Shown here one piece after another: positions 23,934-36,801 of a stretch of DNA of 64,000 nucleotides. The notes under the pieces were generated by a model that did not search any database, had not been told where the DNA came from, and saw only the letters and a list, made by a program, of their open reading frames with translations. The DNA comes from Takakia lepidozioides. Lineage: Eukaryota; Plantae; Bryophyta. The position numbers were made by a program, and so were the translations under genes. The stretch is from positions 38,688,001 to 38,752,000 of the forward strand of contig CM060733.1 in NCBI GenBank assembly GCA_030704615.1, given 5' to 3'. The first letter of the stretch is position 1; the number at the start of each line of letters is the position of its first letter.

Positions 23934-24903
23934 TGTTAGAGGAACTGTCTGAGACTTAGGCACTTTTATAGGATCTGTGGGGGTACCCTTAATTTTTGCA
24001 CAGACTGAGACCAACAGGAGCCTTAGGGGTGACAGCAGCGCACTTTAGGGGGGGGTTACACAGCCCGTCACAGCCAACACAGCCCGTCACAGTCCGACAA
24101 GCCAGTCACAGCAACACACAGCCCGGTCACAGTCCGACACAGCTCGTCACAGTCCAACACAGCCGTAACAGCCCGACACAGCCCGTCACAGCCAACACAG
24201 TCCGACACAGCCGACACAGCAAGACACAGTCGTCACAGGCCAGTCTCAGCCTCGACACCAGCCCAACATAGTCGCACAGCCAGTCACAGCTTGACACAGC
24301 TGTCACGACCATAGGGAACGGAGATAGCAGGACAGGGAACGACTGTGGGAACAACATCTGCGAATGGAACATGTTAGTCAAGGATGACGATTAGTGAGGG
24401 AAACGGTGTAGAACAACGGGTAGGAGATAGATAAAGCCAGGAGCAAGGACTGGAAACAGAAAAAGATCACTTCTTGGGGGGAATTCGGACATCATTGGGG
24501 GGAAATGAGGCAGAGAGCGCATCTCTGAGCGGAAAGGGGAGAGCAGGACGAGTAGGAGGGAGGATGATCTGTTGATGCTTTGATGAATGCAGAGTAGAGT
24601 GTAATGTAGAACAGATTAGAGACTCCATGGCTTCAGCCTGATACTGATAGATATTAATCTAAAAACATACTTATACTCCAGTGTGTGAGAGATCTGAGTG
24701 AAGCTGTGGAATGAATGGATGAGTTGATGAATTGATAGGTTGCTGAAGCAAACTGATACTAATTACCAACAGTAGGTAACTAGCTAACATGAATGCGGAA
24801 GGAAACAAATAGGAAACACCCCCATGATACACTAGCTGTAGGTCATGACTGATTGTTCTGAGCGGCTGAGTGCTTAGAGATTTCCACTCTTCTATCTTGG
24901 AGT
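23934..24903 (+). repeat. 3' LTR of copy B, lacking its last ~47 bp (interrupted by copy C)
   Basis: Homologous to 24904-25840 up to ...CTATCTTGGAGT, where a new TGTTAGAGG begins. Confidence 0.85.
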
Positions 24904-25887
24904 TGTTAGAGGACTGTAGGGGACTTAGACACTTATACGGGATCTGTAGGGTACCCTTAATTTTGCACAGACTGAGACCAACAGGAGCCTTAGGGGTGAC
25001 AGCAGCGCACTATAGAGGGGGGTTACACAGTCGTCACAGCCGACACAGCCCGTCACAGTCGTCACAGCCCACACAGCCAACACAGTCCGTCACAGTCGTC
25101 ACAGCACACACAGCCAACACAGCCCCGTCACAGTCGTCACAGCAGACACAGCCCACACAGCCCGTCACAGTCGTCACAGCAGACACAGCCCACACAGCCA
25201 GTCATAGCCCGGCACAGCCACACAGCCAGTCACAGCCGACACAGCCAAACACAGCCAGTCACCGCTTGACACAGCTGTCACGACAGGGAACGACTGTGGG
25301 GAAACACCTGTGAAGGGAACATGTTAGTTCACAGACGACGGTTAGAGAGGGAAACGGTTAGAACCGCGGATAGGAGGATAAAGGGAGAAACGGGGAATGA
25401 AGGATGATCATCATTATTCGGAGGAGGACTTCGGAGTCAGGCAGGAGCGGAGATCGGAGGCAAGAGATGGAGAGCACGATGAAGGAGAAAGAGGATTAGT
25501 AGATGCTTGTTATATGCAAAGCTGTAGTGATATTGTAGAGCAGATTAGAGACATAATGGCTTCGGCCTGATACCTGATAAATCATAATCTGATACTTATA
25601 CGATACAATCACACTGTGTAGAGAGATCTGAGTGAAGCTGTGGATTGAATGGATGAGTGAAGGAAACCGATAGATTGATGAAGCAAACTGATACTTAATT
25701 ATCAATGGTAAGGTAGCTAAGATGAATGCGGAAAGGGAAACAAATAGGAAACACCCCCATGATACACTAGCTGTAGGTCATGACTGATTGTTCTGCGCGG
25801 GCTGAGTACTTAGAGATTTCCAACTCTTCTATCTTGGAGTTTCCGCCTCGGATAGCGAAGGGATGGGTGAGTAAAAGCCGCGCGACA
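24904..25887 (+). repeat. 5' LTR of copy C (984 bp, TGTTAG...GCGACA) with a CACAGC-rich U3 array at ~25025-25280
   Basis: TG...CA ends, followed by TT and the PBS. Homologous to the LTRs at 23934 and 44540. Confidence 0.85.
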
Positions 25888-26475
25888 TTTGGCGACCATA
25901 CTGGGGACCTGGGACATGAACAACCAGATGTGACAGGCATCTGGTGGGATCATGGTGGTTGGACCATTAAAGAATTTGAAGTGAATCAAATTCCCTGTGG
26001 AACGAAGGAAGAAAGATTGTCCAAACAATTCTTTCAAAGGTTCTTGGAATTGCCAGACGGATGTAAAGAAAATATTCTTAAACGAGTGCATGATGCTGAT
26101 CCAGAATGGGGTCTGGAGAAAGGAGTGATAAAGATTTATCAGGTAGCCTGTAGAGGAAGAGCACGTTGGTTACCAACATTGGTTTATGTGATAGCGTTGC
26201 TATCCATTAAACGAGTAGAGTTTGAAGGCTGGGAAGAAAGAAAGGTGAATGTTTATACTCATATGCATGAAGAGCTTGTACTGGTAAAGAATTGGATTCC
26301 AAAGGATATTTTGTGGATCAAACTCACACCAAGAACAGCTTTTCAGACTTGTTTGCCATATGGTTATATGGTAACGGAGACTTCAAGTATAGCCAAGGGT
26401 GCATTGAAGCTTGAAAGAAACCCAGGCATATACGAGAGATATTACAGAAGAGAGTTTTGGTTATTGCCACATTAA
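25780..26475 (+). CDS. 5' extra ORF (231 aa, unknown function) upstream of gag
   Basis: Open frame with the only early ATG inside the LTR. Near-identical in copy E (45369-46063, one frameshift). Confidence 0.6.
   Translation: MTDCSARAEYLEISNSSILEFPPRIAKGWVSKSRATFGDHTGDLGHEQPDVTGIWWDHGGWTIKEFEVNQIPCGTKEERLSKQFFQRFLELPDGCKENILKRVHDADPEWGLEKGVIKIYQVACRGRARWLPTLVYVIALLSIKRVEFEGWEERKVNVYTHMHEELVLVKNWIPKDILWIKLTPRTAFQTCLPYGYMVTETSSIAKGALKLERNPGIYERYYRREFWLLPH
25890..25908 (+). promoter_or_regulatory. Primer-binding site, probably tRNA-Arg type
   Basis: TGGCGACCATACTGGGGAC lies 2 nt after the LTR-terminal CA. It resembles the TGGCGAC...CTGGGGA PBS of Ogre/Tat-like elements; tRNA identity is from memory and not verified. 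Confidence 0.75.
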
Positions 26476-26496
26476 AAGAAATGAAAGACATGGGAC

Positions 26497-29400
26497 ATGA
26501 GTGATGAAAGAGAAGCTAGACGACAGAGATATTCATCAAAAAGAGAAAGCTATCTGAAAGCTAATTATCCATATCTTTGGGAGAGAGGAATAGACATAGG
26601 GGAATCATCTGGACCTCTCACACCATCAAGATCAAAAGTGCATCACCTATACCGGAAGAACTAGAGTTGGATGCCACTCCTTCTGTTTCTTTGCAAGAAA
26701 GATTAAGGGAATTGGTACAGGAAGAAGATCAATCACGAGGTGAAAGATCTGAGGTACATCCTTGGATAAAAGACTTGACAGAAATCTTTGATAAGAGTTG
26801 GCATGGAACACCAAAAGCAGGAACTCCAGTTTCTGAAGCAGAAGATGAAGAAGGAGAAGAGGATGTGGCAGAGCCAACGGAGAGTTCAGACTCTCCAACA
26901 CCATTACAGTTGAGTTACATGAGTGAAGAAGAAACCCAAGGGCAGAACTTGGAGGATGAAAACAGAGAGAAGAAATTAGAAGAGGAAGAATATGAAGAAG
27001 TAGACCCAACAGCTGAGGTTGAGACTACAACCAGGACATCCCAACCCGTTGGACCTGGATCAAGTGGAGCACTTGGATCACAGGCCAACGAAGGTGTCGG
27101 CTCAGGGGGATCAGGCGGGCTGCCTGGATCTGGCTCTGGGGGGACAGGGAGTGTGGGAAGTAGTGCAACTGAAGCTGGGAATACTGTGAATATCGTGGGG
27201 CCAGAAGCAAGGAGTGCTCAAGGGCCACCACTTGGTGGAAGATCCACCACAAAAACAACAGGTCCAGAAGGACCAGCACCAGCAAGGGTGCCAGCACCTG
27301 TCAGTGGGCAGAAGGTAGGGCCACAGATGGCGTTACAACCAACACGGGCAAAACCACCCTTTCCAATATATTCAGGAAAAGGGGATCCCGATGTACACAT
27401 TAGCCAATTTGAGCACATGTGTATAGTGAACAATGAGAATGGCGATGATGCCAAGATGAGACTGTTTCCTTGTTCACTTATCAAGAAAGCAAGTGAATGG
27501 TATGCAAGATTCCCTGATAATCATTTCCTAACCTGGAATGGCTTGAATACAGCATTTCGAAATAGGTTCAGGACAAGTAAAACTGAGGATGAAGTGTATG
27601 GAAGTTTACAACAGCTGAAGCAGAAGAAGCATGAAACTGTTGAAGAGTATATGGAGAAGATGGAATTGATGATGAAAAAGCTGGCTGCAGTACCAGCACC
27701 CGGTTTACAGAAGACTTGGTTTGTGAGTGGACTAAGACCAGAGTTGCAAAAGAAAGTGGATATGTTACCCCATAATACAGTGGAGGAGGCATTTGAAACT
27801 GCGAACAGAATTGAGCAATTGGGAATGCTCAGGAGAGAGAAAAAAGAAGATGAGGACTCTGAGGATGAGTCAGATGAAGAAGAAGAGCAAGAACTAAAAA
27901 GAAAGAGTAAGAGAAAGGAGAAGTTGAAGAGGGATAACTATGAAAAAAAATTGGAAGAAATCTTGAAGAAGTATGCCACAGAGGCTGCAACACATTGGAG
28001 GAAGGGTGTATGGTGTGCAAAGTGCCAGAATGAAGGCCATACCACCACAGAATGCCACATGAAGGAGAAACACTGTACTATCTGTAAAATGGATAACCAT
28101 TCTACTGAGAATTGTTACTACAACAGAAGGACAGCTGCAAGAGAACCTAGGCAAGTAAGGGTGCATCAGGTGCAGCCCCAGCCAAGAAGAAACAATGATC
28201 AGGACCACTATGGTAGGTCTGGTGGTTATAACAATGGCATGGAAGGGAGAGGTAATTCAAGAGGGAATTACCAAGGAAATTCCAGAGGCAACTATCAGGG
28301 TAATCCAAGGGGGAATTACCAGCCCGGGAATCAGGATTATAGAAATAATCCAAGAACAGACCAAGGGCGAGGACCCAATGGTGAAGAGCTATGTTACTAT
28401 TGTAATCAGCCAGGACATCGCAAGGCAGCCTGTTCATTCTGGATAAGACACCAGAATGAGATGAGAGCTCCTGTGAATGAGGGCCCAGTGGTGGCAGCTC
28501 ACATGGTTAGGCCATGTGTTGTACCAGAAGTAAGTACAATGATAGTAACAAGAAGTAAAGCCAAACTAATACCTCCAGTAGAAGAGGAAGAAGATGAGAA
28601 TGGAAGTGGCAATGATATGCCTGAAGATGAAGAGACTTGGAAAGATGAGAAGGAACTGCACAAGGAAGTGGCAGATACTATAAGGGAAATGCAAAAGAGT
28701 ACTGATATTCCTGTGGCAGATTCCTCTGATTCGGATGGAGAAGGGAGTGAGGAAGAAAGGAAAAAAGAAGATGCAGACATGCAAAGTAATGAAGAGACTT
28801 TGGCTGCAGTAATATGTCAGACCAAAGCAGAAATTACCATTGGACAGCTATTAGCTGTGGCACCTTATTGTAGGCACAGGCTGTATCAGGCAATCAATCG
28901 AATTGCCCAAGAGACAGGAAACACAGACCTGAACAGCAAGGTGACCAGTTATAATGTGAAGCCGGAAGGGCGAGAACCAGTCATGGACTTTGATGATTCT
29001 ATGCCAGTAATCCAATTGAGAATTGGAAGCACAGAACTAACTGATGTACTGATAGATGGTGGTTCTGGAGTAAATATCATGACAGACCAATTAAGGAAGA
29101 AGCTTGGTCTAAGTAACATGAAACCAGCCCCATTTACAGTAACAATGGCAGATCAAAGAAGTGTACAGCCATTGGGATTAATAAGAGGAGTTAAGATACA
29201 GATACAGAAAATGATCTTTATGATCACAGTAACTGTATTAAAAATGGATGAAGTCATGGAGGCTTACTCCTTATTATTGGGACGTCCGTGGCTGAAACAG
29301 GCCAGGGTATTCCATGACTGGAATTCTCAGTTACTAACTGTGCATAATGGGATGCACGAGATACAAATTACCACAAAGAAATCTAGTAGATTACCTGCTA

Positions 29401-32400
29401 CAAGAAGACCTCGAGGAGTCAGAGAGTATGACTGGAGAGGAGGACTGGATGAGGAGCAGGAAGCTACCCTATTTGCTGCACACCCAGAGTGGGAGCAGGT
29501 TGCAGAGATGCGGCTGGAAAGCCTAAGTTGTTTAAGAGGTATCTGCTGTGGTGTAGTGTCAGCAACACCAATTGAAGAGGAAACCAGCAGTTACCCACCA
29601 CATTTCTATGAAGAAAAGGAGGGAGAAATAGAAATCCTAGAAGAACCAGCCACTGTGAGCTTAAAGGATGAAGTGGTGACTGGTTGGACAATCACAGCTG
29701 ATGAGCAGGTGAGAGAAGTAAATGTGGGAACTCAGGAGGAACCGAGGATGGTGAAAGTAGGAGCTGATTTGGAGCCGGAATTCTTCGAAGAAGCTAAAAG
29801 CTTGTTCATCAAATACAGAGATGTATTTGCTTGGAGCTATGAGGATCTAAAAGGGATACCACCTGAAGTCTGTCAGCATAAGATTGAACTGGAACCAGGG
29901 TCAGTACCAATCAAGCAGGCGAGGTATAGAATGAATCCCAACTACGCACAGAAGGTTGGAGAAGAGATAAAGAAGTTGGCTGAGGCTAAGTTTATATACC
30001 CAATAGAGTATACAACTTGGTTGTCACCCATTGTTATAGTTCCAAGAAGAATGGCAAACTAAGAGTATGTGTGAACTATAAGAAGCTGAATGCTTGTACG
30101 AAGAAAGATCCTTTCCCTTTGCCATTCACAGAAGCAGTATTAGACACTGTGGCAGGCCATGAGATGTACTCATTCATGGATGGCTTCAGTGGTTATAATC
30201 AAGTGCAAGTGGCAGAAGAAGACCAAGGGAAAACAGCTTTCATCACAGACTGGGGGCTTATGCATACAAAGTCATGCCCTTTGGACTTTGTAATGCACCA
30301 GCGACCTTTCAGAGAGTGATAAGTGAATCTTTTCATGAGTATCTGGATGATTTCATGCAGGTGTTTTTGGATGATTTCAGTGTGTACAGCTCTAAGAATG
30401 AGCACTTGCATAAATTGGAGTTATGCCTGGCCAGATGCAGGATGAGAGGTCTGGGCTTGAATCCAGAGAAGTGTACTTTCTGTGTGAACTCAGGGGTGCT
30501 TCTGGGACACATTGTGTGTAAGAAGGGACTTCTTGTGGATCCCAGGAAGACAGAGTCCATTAAAGTCTCTCCACCACCAGTGAATGTTAAGAGTTTAAGG
30601 AGATTCCTTGGGCAAACCAGTTATTACAGAAGATTTGTCAAAAGGTATGCACAAATAGCAGCACCATTGAGCAAGCTTCTGAAGAAAGATGCAGTGTTTG
30701 CCTGGACAGCTGAATGTCAACAGGCGTTTGAGGAACTTACACTGTCAGTAACAACTACACCTGTGCTGATTAACCCTCACTGGCATGTAGTATTTCATGT
30801 TCACTGCGATGCATCAGGAGAAGCGTTGGGAGCGGTGTTAGCCCAGAATGTTACAGGAAATATAGATTCACCTGTGTACTATGCTAGCCGTTGATGAACA
30901 GTGCTGAGAGGAACTATAGCACAACGGAAAGAGAAGCATTGGCAATGATTTATGCAGTCAAGAAATTCAGGCATTACCTATTGGGAAGAAAGTTTATGTT
31001 TTATGTGGATCACCAGGCTCTGATATATCTGGTGAACAAACCTTTGATAAGTGGAAGGATAGCGAGGTGGTTAATAATCTTGCATGAGTTTGAGTTCGAG
31101 GTTATTTACAAGCCTGGCCGTTTGCATCTTGTGGCAGATCATTTGTCACGACTAACAACAGGAGAGGCCGCCACAGGAGTGGACGATCAGTTACCTGATG
31201 CGAGTTTATTTGTAATGGAGGTGCAAGGAAGTGCAGATGAATGGTTAGATTGGCAGTGGCCAATCAGATACTACCTTGCTCATGGTCAGTGCCCACCTAG
31301 TTATGGTAAGGAGCAGAGGAAGAGAATTGCTATCAAAGCTTTACCTTATACTATGGTAGGAAGCAGAATGTATAAGTTAGGACCTGATGGAGTACTAAAA
31401 CGATGCTTGTACCACCATGAAGTAAATAAAGTCTTGGAGGAAGTTCATAAAGGAGTGGCTGGAGGTCATTTTGGAGAAGAGACTACCAGTAGAAAGATAC
31501 TACTCGCAGGATACTGGTGGCCTACTTTGTTCAAAGATGTACATGAGTATTGTCAGAAGTGTGATGAATGTCAGAGGCTAGGACCTTTGCAGAGATCTGG
31601 AAGAATGGCCTTGCATCCTACAATGCCTACGGAACCATTTCAGAAATGGGGACTAGACTTTGTTGGACCAATTAATCCACCATCCAAGAATACACGAAAC
31701 AGGTACATAATTACAGCCACTGATTATACTACAAAGTGGGTGGAAGCTAAAGCTTTGAGGGACAACACAGCCAAGTCCACAGCAAGGTTCCTGTACGAGA
31801 ACATACTTACACGATTTGGATGTCCCTTAGAATTTATCAGTGATCAAGGAAGTCACTTCATGAATGAGACCATTGAGTTATTGACTAAAGAGTTTATGAT
31901 TGTGCATAGAAAGAGTACAACATATTACCCACAGGGTAATGGACAGGCAGAGGCTACCAACAAAATACTATGTACTATCTTGGCTAAGATAGTCAATGCA
32001 AACAGAACGGATTGGGATACAAAGCTGCTGACAGCTTTGTGGTCATACAGGACTTCATATAAAGTCACCACTAAGTATACACCATTCCAATTAGTTTATG
32101 GTATGGAAGCCTTACTTCCAGTGGAATTCCTGTTACCTACCATGAGAACGGAGTGGGGAAAAAGAATGGAATTGCAAGACTCCATCAAGGTCAGGAAACA
32201 TGAATTATACCATGTGGAAGAAGTACGTGCTGATGCAGCTGATAATATGACCAGAATTCAGATGAAGCGAAAGAACAGTTTGATGAAGGCAAGTTAAAGA
32301 CTTTTAAGACGGGGGATTTGGTTCTATGGTTGCAGAAGAAAGGAAAGATTCAAGCTTCTAAGCTCAAATCACCGTGGAAAGGACCTTATGTCATACAAAA

Positions 32401-32838
32401 GATGTATGATAACAACACCGCCATGTTACAAACCATTAACAAAGAAATGCTGGGAAGAGTCAATGCAAATAAGTTGAAGGGGTACAGTGGTATCCATGAC
32501 AAACCCCTGCAGCATGATTTGCATATTGAACCGCAAGAGCAGTCACGGGCTGCACCAGTGTTACGAACGGAGTATGGAACACTTGTTGCTAGGCCAGCAT
32601 ATACGACCAGGGTGGGCAAAACAAACGTGACACACTATCACAGCCCGCCAAGGCCGCAACACAGCTTATCACAGCCCATCACGACGTGACACAGCCTATC
32701 ACAACCATCACGCCAACACAGCCTATAAACAAACATAACCACAGCGTGTCACAGCCTATCACAGCTTACCACAGTGCATCACAGCCTATCACAGGGTAAC
32801 ACAGTATGACACAGCCTGTCACAGCTCAACACAGCCTA
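26497..32838 (+). pseudogene. gag-pol polyprotein, copy C (frameshifted)
   Basis: True start MSDEREARRQRY at 26497, with a 1-bp deletion near 26635 versus copy E. Capsid LFPCSL...ASEWY...TWNGLNTAFRNRF; knuckles CAKCQNEGHTTTEC, CTICKMDNHSTENC and CYYCNQPGHRKAAC; PR, RT, RH, and INT with GPY. Confidence 0.95.
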
Positions 32839-32962
32839 CTTAAAGTTACACCGATCCATAGAATCAGTGACAAGTGGACACATAAAAACTTCAGGAAAAT
32901 GGATGACGGAAGGAAACGGAAATATTTTTAAAAATAGACACGTGGAGGTCAGGGTGCGACAC

Positions 32963-33462
32963 NNNNNNNNNNNNNNNNNNNNNNNNNNNNNNNNNNNNNN
33001 NNNNNNNNNNNNNNNNNNNNNNNNNNNNNNNNNNNNNNNNNNNNNNNNNNNNNNNNNNNNNNNNNNNNNNNNNNNNNNNNNNNNNNNNNNNNNNNNNNNN
33101 NNNNNNNNNNNNNNNNNNNNNNNNNNNNNNNNNNNNNNNNNNNNNNNNNNNNNNNNNNNNNNNNNNNNNNNNNNNNNNNNNNNNNNNNNNNNNNNNNNNN
33201 NNNNNNNNNNNNNNNNNNNNNNNNNNNNNNNNNNNNNNNNNNNNNNNNNNNNNNNNNNNNNNNNNNNNNNNNNNNNNNNNNNNNNNNNNNNNNNNNNNNN
33301 NNNNNNNNNNNNNNNNNNNNNNNNNNNNNNNNNNNNNNNNNNNNNNNNNNNNNNNNNNNNNNNNNNNNNNNNNNNNNNNNNNNNNNNNNNNNNNNNNNNN
33401 NNNNNNNNNNNNNNNNNNNNNNNNNNNNNNNNNNNNNNNNNNNNNNNNNNNNNNNNNNNNNN
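32963..33462. other. Assembly gap (500 N)
   Basis: Run of N; the flanks are not colinear parts of one element. Confidence 1.
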
Positions 33463-36400
33463 CAGCTCTAAGAATAAGCACTTGCATAAATTGGAGTTAT
33501 GTTTGGCCAGATGCATGATGAGAGGTCTGGGCCTGAATCCAGAGAAGTGTACTTTCTGTGTAAACTCAGGGGTGCTTCTGGGACACATTGTGTGTAAGAG
33601 GGGACTTCTTGTGGATCCCAGGAAGACAGAGGCCATTAAAAGCCTCTCCACCACCAGTAAATGTTAAAAGTCTAAGGAGATTCCTTGGGCAAACCAGTTA
33701 TTACAGAAGATTTGTCAAAAGGTATGCACAGATAGCAGCACCATTGAGCAAGCTCCTGAAGAAAGATGCAGTGTTTGCATGGACAGCTGAATGTCAACAG
33801 ACTTTTGAGGAACTTATAGTGTCAGTAACAACTACACCTGTGCTGATTAACCCTCACTGGCATGTAGTATTTCATGTTCACTGGGATGCCTCAGGAGAAG
33901 CGTTGGGAGCGGTGTTAGCCCAGAATGTTACAGGAAATATAGATTCACCTGTGTACTATGCTAGCAGGTTGATGAACAGTGGTGAAAGGAACTATAGTAC
34001 AACTGAAAGAGAAGCACTGGCAATGATTTATGCAGTCAAGAAATTCAGGCATTACCTATTGGGAAGAAACTTCATGTTTTATGTGGATCACCAGGCTCTG
34101 ATATATCTGGTGAACAAACCTTTGATAAGTGGAAGGATAGCGAGGTGGTTAAAAATCCTGCACGAGTTTGAGTTCGAAGTTGTTTACAAGCCTGGCCATT
34201 TGCATCTTGTGGCAGATCATTTGTCACGACTAACAACAGGAGAGGCCGCCACAGGAGTAGACGATCAGTTACCTGATGCGAGTTTATTTGTAATGGAGGT
34301 GCAAGGAAGTACAGATGGATGGTTAGATTGGCAGTGGCCAATCAGATACTACCTTACTCATGGTCAGTGCCCACCTAGTTATGGTAAGGAGTAGAGGAAG
34401 AGAATCGCTATCAAGGCTTTACCTTATACTATGGTAGGAGGCAGAATGTATAAGCTAGGACCTGATGGAGTACTTAAACGATGCTTGTACCACCATGAAG
34501 TAAATAAAGTTTTGGAGGAAGTTCATAAAGGAGTGGCTGGAGGTCATTTTGGAGAAGAGACTACCAGTAGGAAGATACTACTTGCAGGTTACTGGTGGCC
34601 TACTTTGTTCAAAGATGTACACAAGTATTGTCAGAGTTGTGATGAATGTCAGAGGCTAGGACCTTTGCAGAGATCTGGGAAGATGGCTTTGCATCCTACA
34701 ATGCCTACTGAACCATTTCAGAAATGGGGACTAGACTTTGTTGGACCAATTAACCCACCAGCCAAGAATACACAGAACAAGTACATAATTACAGCCACTG
34801 ATTATACTACGAAGTGGGTGGAAGCTAAAGCTTTGAGGGACAACACAGCCAAGTCCACAGCAAGGTTCCTGTATGAGAACATACTTACACGATTTGGCTG
34901 TCCCTTGCAATTTATCAGTGATCAGGGAAGTCACTTCATTAATGAGACCATTGAAATATTGACTAAAGAGTTCATGATTATGCATAGGAAGAGTACAACG
35001 TATTACCCACAGGGTAATGGGCAGGCAAAGGCTACCAACAAAATACTATGTACTATCTTGGCTAAGATAGTCAATGCAAACAGAACGGATTGGGATACAA
35101 AGCTGCTGACAGCTTTGTGGTCATACAGGACTTCATATAAAGTCACCACTAAGTATACACCATTCCAATTAGTTTATGGTATGGAAGCTTTACTTCCAGT
35201 GGAATTCCTGTTACCTACCATGAGAACAGAATGGGGAAAGAGAATGGAATTGCAAGATTCAATTAAGGGCAGGAAACATGAATTATACCACGTGGAAGAA
35301 GTACGTGCTGATGCAGCTGATAACATGACCATAATTCAGATGAAGAGGAAGGAACAGTTTGATGAAGGCAAGTTAAAGACTTTTAAGACGGGAGATTTGG
35401 TTCTCTGGTTGCAGAAGAAAATCACCAGAGAAAGGACCTTATGTCATACAGAAGATGTATGATAACAACACCGCCATGTTACAAACCATTAACAAAGAGA
35501 TGTTGGGAAGAGTCAATGCCAATAAGTTGAAGGGGTACAGTGGTATCCATGACAAACCATTGCAGCATGATTTGCATGTTGAAACGCAGAAGCAGTCACG
35601 GGCTGCGCCAGTGATACCAACAGAGTATGGAGCACTTGTCGCTAGGCCGAGCGTATATGACCAGGGCGGGCAGTACAAGCGCGGCACAGCCTATCACAGC
35701 CCATCACAGTGTGGCACAGCCCATCACAGCCCATCACAGCCCATCACGGCGCGACACAGCCTATCACAGCCCATCACAATGTCACACAGCCTATCACAAC
35801 CCATCACAACGTGACACAGCCTATCACAACCTACCACAGCGTGTCACAGCCTATCACAATTTACCACAGTGCCACACAGCCTATCACAGCGTACCACAGT
35901 ATGACACAGCCTGTCACAGCTCAACACAGCCTACTGGGGTTACACAATCCATAGGATTAGTGACAGATGGACGTGGGTTAACATCCGGAGAGTGGCCGGC
36001 GGAAAAGTGGACGGCGGAAAAGTGGACGGAGGCACGTTTAGAAATGGACACGTGGACGCCAGGGCAAGACACACAACCGGACATGGATTGCAAGAGCGAG
36101 TGTCATCAAGGAAGAAGGCAAAAATGGCCGTCAAAGTACCTACCCGACACATGAACTTATTATGGGCCCATTAATGCATACAGGGTAAGGGTAACGGAAC
36201 CCTTTAAATGTACTGAAAAGCGAAATCCATGTCACATGTGCTATCCTAGTGGACAGTCCAGAGTGGAAAATCCATGGAAGGGAATTAAATTACAAAACCA
36301 ATCACACAGCCAACAGCCAATCATGAGCCAGAATTACCTGCAGAGGGTAATTTCCAAGAAGCGAAATCAAGAAATTGGAGGGATTCTAAGCGCAAGAGTT

Positions 36401-36580
36401 GGCGTCGTTCCAAGTAACGGGCGTCTCATCAGGAGAGACAATCAAAGCTATAACTCTGAAGCTATGGCGGAAATAACAGACTACACGCTCGCATTACTAC
36501 TTACACAGTGGCACAAGGACAGACGAACGGAGAGTACATTTTCTCTAAATCGTTATTTGCAAGCCCCACAGGCTTACAAG
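33463..36580 (+). mobile_element. Ty3/gypsy copy D (RT C-term, RH, INT, start of ORF3; more divergent post-INT spacer)
   Basis: ORFs 33588-34394, 34431-35462, 35455 onward and 36236 onward. Cut at CAGGCTTACAAG by the transposon terminus. Confidence 0.93.
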
Positions 36581-36801
36581 GGGGGCTACTATTTCATGAG
36601 CGGCATGAGCATGAGCGGAAAAAAAAAAAACATGAGCAGACCATTGTGAGTCCACGGAGATAGGGTTAGGAGGCACGGAAATAGGGTCATGTGAAGTTGG
36701 AATGTGGCACCAGTGGACTTGAAATGCAACATTTTATTGCAAATTTTGTGGCAAGCCACGTCTATACAAGTGTGTTCTAACTGTCATAGCCGGAATGGGC
36801 A

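Larger units (their letters stand above)
14074..24903 (+). mobile_element. Ty3/gypsy copy B (pol from the PR-RT spacer, ORF3, PPT, truncated 3' LTR)
   Basis: RT/RH/INT ORF pieces 14117-16944, ORF3 pieces to ~23850, purine tract followed by TGTTAGAGG at 23934. Confidence 0.95.
24904..32962 (+). mobile_element. Ty3/gypsy copy C (5' LTR, PBS, 5' extra ORF, full gag-pol; cut by the assembly gap)
   Basis: LTR, PBS and ORFs 25780, 26577, 30017, 30274, 30891 and 32318. Confidence 0.95.

Noticed and set aside
24784-24789. CTAACA as the LTR 3' end (perfect inverse of TGTTAG)
   Set aside because: It is not conserved (CTAAGA, TTAACA in the other LTRs). LTR homology continues past it in the 3' LTR, and the PBS lies ~165 bp further on.
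31140-32690. Chromodomain or additional (archaeal-type) RNase H in pol
   Set aside because: RH is followed within ~35 aa by the integrase N-terminus, and the post-GPY tail is the TAYHS repeat, so this is neither a chromovirus nor canonical Tat/Ogre.
32836-33667. ORFs of 198-272 aa spanning the gap
   Set aside because: Artefacts of the N run.
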